A stretch of DNA of 64,000 nucleotides, taken from contig DAOTYE010000001.1 in assembly GCA_034434915.1 (NCBI GenBank), positions 29,844-93,843 of the forward strand. Direction: 5' to 3'. Position 1 is the stretch's first letter; every line of letters starts with the position of its first letter. Both the position numbers and the translations under genes were made by a program. The stretch comes from Dehalococcoidales bacterium. Lineage in GTDB: Bacteria; Chloroflexota; Dehalococcoidia; Dehalococcoidales; RBG-16-60-22. The notes under the pieces are model-generated. The model worked only from the letters and a program-made list of their open reading frames with translations. It made no database searches and was not told where the DNA came from. This document shows, one piece after another, positions 27,089-34,020 of the stretch.

Positions 27089-27110
27089 CTGTCACTCCAT
27101 TGGTGAAATG

Positions 27111-28433
27111 CTATTCCGCGCCGACTTCTTCTCCCTCTTCTTCAACTATGGCAGATGCCATTTCAGGTGCTTTGAAGTGAGGTCGCCACAGCTCCCCGGG
27201 CAGGGAAGCCAGCCCGAAGTCCTTTGCCACGAGGAGCGGTTTGAATTTGGCGGCTCCAGCACCGCTCTTCATGAGGTTGAAGATGATGCCGCTTCTCTCA
27301 ATATCACCGGCGAAAACCATGCCCACCACGCAATCGTCTTTGAGGATGATTTTATGATAGGCATTGCCGTAGGTCTGGCTGATGATTTCATAGCTGGCGT
27401 CGGGCGGGTTGACCATGCCGGCAGAGACCACGTCCAGCCCGAAGTACTTGAGTGAGTTCATTGCCGTGCCGCCGGGATACTCTGCGTTTTTTCCGGTCAT
27501 GTTCAGCCCGGCGATTCTGCCGCCGAGATAGGCGTTGGGCCAGATGGGGACAGGGCGGCATTGCCGGTAGACGAAGTCAAACGCTTCTGATACATCGCCG
27601 CAGGCATAGACATCCGGGTGAGATGTTCTCATGGCGCGGTCAACAACGATGCCACGGTTCACTTTTATGCTGGTGCCTGCCGCCAGTTCCGTGCGCGGTC
27701 TCACACCGATGGCGATGACGACAAGGTTGCACCGGATTAGTGTGCCATCATCCAGCCTGACAGCAGTTACTTCATCGCCGGTATCGCTTATGAGCTCGGC
27801 GACAGTGTGGTTGGTGATAATCTCCACGCCAGCCTTCTTCAAAGCCTGCGCCTCAAGGGCGGATGCGGTCTCATCAAGGATTAAGTTCAAGATGCGGTCT
27901 TTCATCTCAACGATACTCACCTGCACACCGCGCTTTACCAGGGCTTCAGTCACGCTCACGCCGATAAGACCACCTCCGATGACTACCGCCTTCGTCCGGT
28001 GGTTCAGGTGCCGGTCAATAGCTCTGGCATCATCAAGAGTGGTGAAATTGAAAACGCCCTGCACAGGCATTCCCTTCATCGGTGGCACGATAGGCACGCC
28101 GCCGGTGGCGAGCAATAGCTTTTCCCAGGTAGTTTCTTCTCCGGAGTCCAGCGTGGCGGTGTGCTTATCAGGTTCAAGCTTCACTACTTTTCTGCCAAGT
28201 TTGGTAGTGATATTGTTTTTCGGGTAGAAATCTGCCGGGCGGTAAAGCATCGTCCCCAGCGTGCGTGTTCCGGCAAGGTATTCTGAGATGAGAGGGCGGG
28301 AATAAGCTGGATACGGCTCGTCAGAGACGATGGTAAGCGCACCAGAGCTGTCCACGGAACGGATAGCTTCCGCCGCACCGATGGCGCCGGCAGAATTGCC
28401 GATAATGAGATATTTTGTTGAATCTGAAGACAT
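27111..28433 (-). CDS. FAD/NAD(P)-dependent pyridine-nucleotide-disulfide-family oxidoreductase (NirB/NasB-N-terminal-like)
   Basis: YLIIGNSAGAIGAAEAIR (FAD GxGxxG), AVVIGGGLIGVSVTEAL (NAD(P) GxGxxG) and ACGDV; 440 aa with an acidic C-terminal tail. Confidence 0.8.
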   Translation of the reverse strand: MSSDSTKYLIIGNSAGAIGAAEAIRSVDSSGALTIVSDEPYPAYSRPLISEYLAGTRTLGTMLYRPADFYPKNNITTKLGRKVVKLEPDKHTATLDSGEETTWEKLLLATGGVPIVPPMKGMPVQGVFNFTTLDDARAIDRHLNHRTKAVVIGGGLIGVSVTEALVKRGVQVSIVEMKDRILNLILDETASALEAQALKKAGVEIITNHTVAELISDTGDEVTAVRLDDGTLIRCNLVVIAIGVRPRTELAAGTSIKVNRGIVVDRAMRTSHPDVYACGDVSEAFDFVYRQCRPVPIWPNAYLGGRIAGLNMTGKNAEYPGGTAMNSLKYFGLDVVSAGMVNPPDASYEIISQTYGNAYHKIILKDDCVVGMVFAGDIERSGIIFNLMKSGAGAAKFKPLLVAKDFGLASLPGELWRPHFKAPEMASAIVEEEGEEVGAE

Positions 28434-28449
28434 CTGCTTCTCCGTCTGG

Positions 28450-29073
28450 CTATCCCTGTTTCAGGGCGAGCTTAAGGAAATTATCGTATAGCTTCAGCCC
28501 ATGCTCTCCACTCTTCTCCGGGTGGAACTGGGTAGCGAAGAGGTTGCCGCGGGCGACGGCACTGCAAAAGCGTATGCCATACTCCGTTTCCCCTGCCACA
28601 AACGCGCCATCGTCCGGGTCAACATAGTAGCTGTGGACAAAATAGAAATTGGCATTATCGGGCACACCCTTGAAGATGGGATGAGCCATTTTCTGCTTCA
28701 CCTGGTTCCAGCCCATATGGGGAATTTTCAGTCCGGCGGGTAGCCTTCTCACTCTACCGGAGAAGATGTCAAGGCACTCGCACCAGCCGCCCTCCTCTGT
28801 GCCGGTGAAGAGAAGCTGGAGCCCCAGACAGACGCCGAAGAAAGGTTTATTGCCGGCGATGACCTGTTTGATGAGCTCGGTCAGGCTTAGTTTTTTGAGG
28901 CTAGACATGGCGTCAGCGGCGGCGCCCACGCCGGGCAAAATGACAGCCTGGGCTCTGAGTATGTCAGCAGGTCTACTGGTTATCTTCGGTTCGTAGCCCA
29001 GGGTGGAGATGGCATTCACCACGCTCCGCAGGTTGCCGGCACCATAATCAATAATGGCAATCATCCTTTTCAT
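28450..29073 (-). CDS. hisH: imidazole glycerol phosphate synthase glutamine amidotransferase subunit
   Basis: IAIIDYGAGNLRSV, PGVGA, GVCLGLQLL (nucleophile Cys) and QFHPEKS are canonical HisH blocks. Confidence 0.95.
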   Translation of the reverse strand: MKRMIAIIDYGAGNLRSVVNAISTLGYEPKITSRPADILRAQAVILPGVGAAADAMSSLKKLSLTELIKQVIAGNKPFFGVCLGLQLLFTGTEEGGWCECLDIFSGRVRRLPAGLKIPHMGWNQVKQKMAHPIFKGVPDNANFYFVHSYYVDPDDGAFVAGETEYGIRFCSAVARGNLFATQFHPEKSGEHGLKLYDNFLKLALKQG

Positions 29074-29081
29074 TTCCTGGC

Positions 29082-29534
29082 TCAGGAGGGTACCTCTTCT
29101 TTTTGCTCTGCATAGATGAGGGCTTCATTGGGGCAGTTCGCCACGCAGGCAGGGACTCCCTGTCCCAGGCAGAGGTCGCACTTGGCGATTCTTTTCTGAG
29201 ACTTATCCTGCTTTATTATTCCAAAAGGACAGGCAAGAATACAAGTCCAACAGCCGATGCATTTTTCTGCATCCACGGTGATGATACCACTATGTGGGTC
29301 GCGGGAAAGGGCGCCGGTGATGCAGGCATACACGCAGGACGGCTCTTCACAGTGGCGGCACTGCACGGAGAAAGAAATTGGCTGGTTTCTCTCCACCCGC
29401 GCCAGAGAAATGGGGCGGGAGCCGTTTTTGAACGCTTTCAAGATGTCCTTAGTTTTAGCGTGCTGGAGGCGGCAATGGACTTCGCACAGCCCGCAGCCGA
29501 TGCAGACCTCTTCTTTCACATAGACTTTTTTCAT
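29082..29534 (-). CDS. 4Fe-4S dicluster-domain ferredoxin (HybA/NrfC-like, 3-4 clusters)
   Basis: CIGCGLCEVHC, CRHCEEPSCVYAC, CIGCWTCILACP and CDLC...CVANCP. The start is set at ATG 29534 (MKKVYVKEE) because a strong promoter lies inside the longer track ORF. Confidence 0.8.
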   Translation of the reverse strand: MKKVYVKEEVCIGCGLCEVHCRLQHAKTKDILKAFKNGSRPISLARVERNQPISFSVQCRHCEEPSCVYACITGALSRDPHSGIITVDAEKCIGCWTCILACPFGIIKQDKSQKRIAKCDLCLGQGVPACVANCPNEALIYAEQKEEVPS

Positions 29535-29563
29535 TTGATATTCTCTTTCCGTTAGTCCGTAAT

Positions 29564-29581
29564 GCGGAAAGCGGTATCCGC
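29564..29581. promoter_or_regulatory. dyad GCGGA-N8-TCCGC in the leader of the fdx-hisH-gltS operon (possible NrpR-type operator)
   Basis: On the coding strand this reads GCGGATACCGCTTTCCGC and contains GGAT-N6-TTCC. That is one mismatch from the GGAA-N6-TTCC operator described for methanogen NrpR. It lies between the -10 and the RBS. Confidence 0.3.
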
Positions 29582-29597
29582 CTGCCGTATAGCTTCC

Positions 29598-29626
29598 ATT
29601 GTAAAGCTTCACCATCGTTTTGTCAA
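29598..29626 (-). promoter_or_regulatory. sigma70-type promoter of the fdx-hisH-gltS operon
   Basis: Minus strand TTGACA (29626-29621), 17-nt spacer, TACAAT (29603-29598), about 65 nt upstream of ATG 29534. Confidence 0.55.
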
Positions 29627-29735
29627 GAGGATAAAGCGGATTGAAAGAAATAAATCAGCATCCGTGATTGATGACGTTGATGCGGAAGAATAACGGCTTA
29701 TTTTTGCCGTTGTTGTCATAAAAACAGACGATGGG

Positions 29736-30422
29736 CTAACGACGGGCCGGGATAGTGGAGACCGCGCCATCTTCCAGCACACAGGTCACGCTGAAGACCT
29801 CGGAAAAACAGCCGAGGATGGGTTTCAGGACTTCTTCCACAGCGACCGGTCGTTTCATGACTTTTGTTAGTGATGTCATGCGCTTGTCGGTCATGCCGCA
29901 TGGCTTGATGTAGCTGAAGTGGTGCAGGTCAGTGTCCACGTTAAAGGCGAAGCCGTGCATGGTGATACCACGGCTCACGTGAATGCCAATGGAACAAATC
30001 TTTTCTCCACCCACCCACACCCCGGGGTAATCCGGGTGCCGCTCGCCGGTGACATGGAATCTCCTCAGCAGGGAAATAATCACTTCCTCCAATTTCCATA
30101 CATAGTTGCGCACACCAAGGTTGAGGTCTTTCAGGTTGAGGATGGGGTAACCGATTAGCTGACCTGGTCCGTGGTAGGTGACACTGCCGCCGCGGTTGGT
30201 GCGGAAGACGGCTATTCCCTCTCGCGCCAGCGTCCTAGGAGACGCTATGATGTCCCTTTCTCCCCGGAAGCGCCCGATGGTGAGCACAGGTGGGTGCTGG
30301 AGCAGGATGAGGGTGTCTGGGATGGCGCCTTCTGCTCTCTTCCGAACAAGGCGTTGTTGGAGTTCAAAGGCGTCTCCATATGGCACCAGCCCGAGGTATC
30401 TGGCATTCAATATCCTGTCCAT
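29736..30422 (-). CDS. lipB: lipoyl(octanoyl) transferase
   Basis: LILLQHPPVLTIGR, NRGGSVTYHGPGQL and KICSIGI are LipB blocks; 228 aa. Confidence 0.9.
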   Translation of the reverse strand: MDRILNARYLGLVPYGDAFELQQRLVRKRAEGAIPDTLILLQHPPVLTIGRFRGERDIIASPRTLAREGIAVFRTNRGGSVTYHGPGQLIGYPILNLKDLNLGVRNYVWKLEEVIISLLRRFHVTGERHPDYPGVWVGGEKICSIGIHVSRGITMHGFAFNVDTDLHHFSYIKPCGMTDKRMTSLTKVMKRPVAVEEVLKPILGCFSEVFSVTCVLEDGAVSTIPARR

Positions 30423-30438
30423 TAGCTATCCGCTCGTC

Positions 30439-30464
30439 TGGGTTCTGGCTTTCGCCAGAATGAC
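30439..30464. repeat. REP-like palindromic unit, copy 2 (TGGGTTCTGGCTTTCGCCAGAATGAC)
   Basis: In the 49-nt spacer between gcvPB and lipB. As minus-strand RNA it forms UUCUGGC-GAAA-GCCAGAA, a 7-bp stem with a GNRA tetraloop. Confidence 0.7.
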
Positions 30465-30471
30465 ATTCTAT

Positions 30472-31917
30472 TTATCGCTGGCTTTTCATCTGCCAGCGCA
30501 GGTCTGGCTTGCGGGCGGCGGTGGCTTCATCAAGTCGGCGCACGGGAGTGATGTGCGGTGCTGAATGAAGGAGCTCCGGCTTCTCTTCAACCTCGCGGGC
30601 GATAGCGCGCATCGCTTCAATGAAGGCGTCAATGGTCGCTTTGCTCTCGGTCTCGGTCGGCTCAATCATGAGGGCTTCCTCAACAACCAGCGGGAAATAC
30701 ATCGTGGGCGGGTGAAAGCCGTAGTCAAGCAATCGCTTGGCGATGTCCAGCGCTTTTATTCCTTTCATCTTCTGACGTTTGCCGGAGAGGACGACCTCAT
30801 GCATGCAGGTGCGGTCGTAAGGCAGGTGATAGGTTGATTTGAGCTTTTCCTTAATATAGTTGGCGCTGGTGACGGCGTCTTCACTGACCGCTTTCAGCCC
30901 CTCAGCGCCCAGGGTGCGGATATAGGCATACGCTTTCACCATGGCGCCGAAGTTGCCATAGCCTGCCCCCAGCCTGCCGATTGAGCGGGGTGGCGCAATG
31001 AATTCATAGCCCTGCCCTGTTCTGATTGCCCATGGGGTGGGCAGGTAGTCCTTCAGGATGGATTTGACGCAGACCGGACCAGACCCCGGTCCGCCGCCCC
31101 CATGGGGGGTGCTGAAGGTCTTATGGAGATTGAGCTGGACGCAGTCAAAACCTAAATCGCCGAACTTCACCTTGCCCAGAATGGAGTTCAGGTTGGCGCC
31201 ATCGCCACAGAGCAGCCCGCCCCGCTCGTGAACGATGCGGCTGATGTCTTCAATCTGCGGGTCAAAGAGACCGAGCGTGGTGGGCATGGTGAGAGTGAGT
31301 GCGGCCACACTATCGTCCATCATGGCGTCAAGTTTTTTCATGTCAACATTGCCGTGTGCATCTGAGGGCAAAGTGCTTACCTCATAGCCGCACATGGCGG
31401 CGGTGGCGGGATTGGTGCCATGTGCCGTGTCTGGCACGAGGACCTTCGTGCGCTTCTCGCCTCGGGCGGCAAGGCAGGCTCTAATCATGAGCATATTGGC
31501 GAACTCTCCCTGGGCGCCCGCCATCGGCGCCAGGCTGGTGGCGTCCATGCCGGTGATTTCAGAAAGATAGTTCTGAAGCTCCACCATGAGCTTCAGCGCG
31601 CCTTGAACTGATTCAGCGGACTGCAGGGGGTGCAGGGCAGTAAAACCGTCCAGATTCGCCACGTCCTCATGCCACTTGGGGTTGTATTTCATGGTGCAAC
31701 TGCCCAGCGGGTAAAAGCCGGTGTCCACAGCATAATTGAGCTGACTCAGGTTGGTGAAATAGCGTACCAGGTCCACCTCGCTCACCTCTGGGAGGGGAAG
31801 GTCAGCGCGGAGCAGGTCTGCGGGGGGCAGTTCTGCCAGCGGCACATCCGGCGGCGGCAGGGTGCAGGCGGTCTTGTCGGGCTGGCTGATATCCGGGAGC
31901 AAATAATACGGTCTCAT
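30472..31917 (-). CDS. gcvPB: glycine dehydrogenase (aminomethyl-transferring) subunit 2
   Basis: GSCTMKYNP, NLHKTFSTPHGGGGPG and typical P-protein subunit-2 blocks; 481 aa; 4-nt overlap with gcvPA. Confidence 0.95.
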   Translation of the reverse strand: MRPYYLLPDISQPDKTACTLPPPDVPLAELPPADLLRADLPLPEVSEVDLVRYFTNLSQLNYAVDTGFYPLGSCTMKYNPKWHEDVANLDGFTALHPLQSAESVQGALKLMVELQNYLSEITGMDATSLAPMAGAQGEFANMLMIRACLAARGEKRTKVLVPDTAHGTNPATAAMCGYEVSTLPSDAHGNVDMKKLDAMMDDSVAALTLTMPTTLGLFDPQIEDISRIVHERGGLLCGDGANLNSILGKVKFGDLGFDCVQLNLHKTFSTPHGGGGPGSGPVCVKSILKDYLPTPWAIRTGQGYEFIAPPRSIGRLGAGYGNFGAMVKAYAYIRTLGAEGLKAVSEDAVTSANYIKEKLKSTYHLPYDRTCMHEVVLSGKRQKMKGIKALDIAKRLLDYGFHPPTMYFPLVVEEALMIEPTETESKATIDAFIEAMRAIAREVEEKPELLHSAPHITPVRRLDEATAARKPDLRWQMKSQR

Positions 31918-33224
31918 GGTTGGAACGCTCCTAATACTTTCACCAGACGGTCTATTTCCTGTCTGGAATTCATCTCCGTGACACAGAAAAGCATGGCGTT
32001 CTCAATTGTGTGGCTAATGTCCAGCCCGCCAATGATTTTTGCTTTGAACAGCGCTTTATTGATTTGTTCCGGAGATACGGGACAGCGGACGACGAATTCT
32101 TTGAAAAAAGGCTGGTTGAAGGCGAGCGAGTAGCCCTTGAGCCGAGCAATCGCCTCTGCGGCGTAGTGGGCTTTGTGGTAGCACAGCTCAGCCACCCGGC
32201 GCAATCCCTGCCTGCCCATGGCGGCGAGATACACCGTGGCGGCAAGCGCTACCAGCGATTCGTTGGTGGTAATATTGGAGGTTGCCCGCTCGCGGCGGAT
32301 GAACTGCTCGCGTGTGGTCAGGGTGAGTACGTAGCCGGTCTTGCCTTCAGCGTCCACCGTCCTGCCGACAATCCTTCCCGGCATCTGGCGCAGGTAGTCT
32401 TTACGGCAGGCGAAGATGCCCAGCCCCGGTCCGCCAAAACCGACGGGATTTCCGAGCGCTTGCCCTTCCGCCACCGCGATGTCCGCTCCATACTCTCCGG
32501 GCGACTTGAACATGCCGAGCGAAATAGGGTCAGCGATGACGATGAGGAGAGCACCTGACTCATGGGCTTTCTTGACACAAGAGCTTAAATCTTCAAAATA
32601 GCCAAAATAATTGGGTTGCTGGACGATGAGCGCGGCGCAATCTGCAGGCAGACCTTTCACATCAGCATTGACGTTCACCAGAGGAATGGAGCGACCGCTG
32701 AGATAGGTGCCCACCACTTCACGGTATGCCGGGTTGACCGTGGAGAGCACGGCGATTTTTCCCTTCTGAGTGATGCGGCACGCCATGAGGGCGGCTTCTG
32801 CCGTGGCGGTGCTTCCATCATACATGCCGGCGTTGCTGACTTCCATGCCGGTGAGCTGGCAGATGAGCGATTGATATTCATAAATTGCCTGCAGGGTGCC
32901 CTGACTGGCTTCCGGCTGGTAGGGGGTATAGGCGGTGTAAAACTCACTGCGTCCGGTGATATGCCTGACGACACTCGGGATGAAGTGGTGGTAGAAACCG
33001 GCGCCCAGGAAACAAGCGTAATCATTAAGGCTGGCATTGCGCTGTGCGAGATGGCTGAGCTCTGCCTTCAGTTCCAGCTCGGATAGGGGGGCGGGGAGGT
33101 GGAAAGGGACATTGAGGAACTTTGCCGGAACGTCATGAAAAAGCTCATCTGCAGATTCTACGCCAATGTCGCGGAGCATAGCCTGGCGGTCAGCATCAGT
33201 ATTGGGCAGATAGGGCAACTGCAC
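31914..33224 (-). CDS. gcvPA: glycine dehydrogenase (aminomethyl-transferring) subunit 1
   Basis: FLGAGFYHHFIPSVV, YTAYTPYQPEASQGTLQ and GFGGPGLG; 436 aa. Confidence 0.95.
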   Translation of the reverse strand: MQLPYLPNTDADRQAMLRDIGVESADELFHDVPAKFLNVPFHLPAPLSELELKAELSHLAQRNASLNDYACFLGAGFYHHFIPSVVRHITGRSEFYTAYTPYQPEASQGTLQAIYEYQSLICQLTGMEVSNAGMYDGSTATAEAALMACRITQKGKIAVLSTVNPAYREVVGTYLSGRSIPLVNVNADVKGLPADCAALIVQQPNYFGYFEDLSSCVKKAHESGALLIVIADPISLGMFKSPGEYGADIAVAEGQALGNPVGFGGPGLGIFACRKDYLRQMPGRIVGRTVDAEGKTGYVLTLTTREQFIRRERATSNITTNESLVALAATVYLAAMGRQGLRRVAELCYHKAHYAAEAIARLKGYSLAFNQPFFKEFVVRCPVSPEQINKALFKAKIIGGLDISHTIENAMLFCVTEMNSRQEIDRLVKVLGAFQP

Positions 33225-33233
33225 GTCAGCCTC

Positions 33234-33611
33234 CTAGGTCAACTGTTTCTCGTAATCTTCACTGCTCATGAGTGCGTCAAGCTCTTCCGGTTTGCTCAAT
33301 CTGATTCTGATGAGCCAGCCGGCCCCGTACGGGTCTTTGTTCACCAGAGAGGGGTCATTGATGGCGTTCTGGTTGATTTCAATGACCGTGCCGCTTGCCG
33401 GCGCAAATAGGTCAGACACCGCCTTTACTGACTCTATTTCCCCCATTTTTTTGTGCTGAGTGACGGTCTTGCCGGGGGCGGGCAGGTCAAGATAGACGAT
33501 ATCCCCCAGCTGGGACTGAGCATACTCCGTAATGCCGATTTTGCCTCTACCACCCGCCTCCGGGAGAATCCATTCATGGTCTTTAGTGTATTTATATTCT
33601 TTAGGGTTCAT
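33234..33611 (-). CDS. gcvH: glycine cleavage system H protein
   Basis: YTKDHEW, GITEYAQ and the lipoyl site EIESVKAVSDL. ATG at 33611 has AAGGAG upstream (track start 33647 lies inside the riboswitch terminator tail). Confidence 0.95.
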   Translation of the reverse strand: MNPKEYKYTKDHEWILPEAGGRGKIGITEYAQSQLGDIVYLDLPAPGKTVTQHKKMGEIESVKAVSDLFAPASGTVIEINQNAINDPSLVNKDPYGAGWLIRIRLSKPEELDALMSSEDYEKQLT

Positions 33612-33630
33612 TTCAGCTCCTTTTCTCCCT

Positions 33631-33671
33631 AAAATAAAAGGGGGCAACCCATCATGCGATAGATTGCCCCC
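33631..33671 (-). terminator. riboswitch expression-platform terminator
   Basis: Minus strand GGGGGCAAUCU...GGGUUGCCCCC (8 Watson-Crick pairs plus GU extensions) followed by UUUUAUUUU. Its 5' arm abuts the 3' side of aptamer 2. Confidence 0.7.
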
Positions 33672-33852
33672 TGTCTACTGACCTGAGAGTTTCGCCCTTC
33701 CCTTGAAGGACTTACCCCTTCGGTGTTCCCTCACTTCTGTGAAGGACCTCTCCAGAGGCTGTGCTTACGGCAGTCTTTTTGCCTGAGAGTTTCGCGCTTC
33801 ACTCTGGTGAAGGGCTTTCCCCTTCGGCTCTCACTATGGAGAATCTCCTGCC
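33672..33852 (-). promoter_or_regulatory. tandem glycine riboswitch (two aptamers)
   Basis: Minus strand. Aptamer 1 (about 33850-33772): GGAGAUUCUCC...GCCGAAGGGGAAAG...CUCUCAGGCAAAAAGAC. Aptamer 2 (about 33762-33678): CUCUGGAGAG...CACCGAAGGGGUAAG...CUCUCAGGUCAG. Both carry the conserved glycine-aptamer cores. Confidence 0.85.
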
Positions 33853-33864
33853 GTTGCAGAGTGA

Positions 33865-33893
33865 AGTTTAGCACGCTGATTGCCAGGTGTCAA
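33865..33893 (-). promoter_or_regulatory. sigma70-type promoter of the glycine riboswitch / gcv operon
   Basis: Minus strand TTGACA (33893-33888), 17-nt spacer, TAAACT (33870-33865), ending about 13 nt upstream of the first aptamer. Confidence 0.6.
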
Positions 33894-34020
33894 GAGCAGG
33901 TTGAGGGTATTATTTGACTTGAAAGTGAGATGAGTCTCTTCTCTCCCACGGCTTTTCATCTTAAATAGAGAAAAAACAGTAAAAGCCAATCCCGCCCCGG
34001 TATTCTTCACGCCGCCCAGG

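Noticed and set aside
29535-29615. Longer ferredoxin ORF starting at 29615 (MVKLYNGSYTAGGYRF...).
   Set aside because: The TTGACA-N17-TACAAT promoter and the leader dyad lie inside this extension. ATG 29534 (MKKVYVKEEVCIGCG) gives the normal ferredoxin N-terminus.
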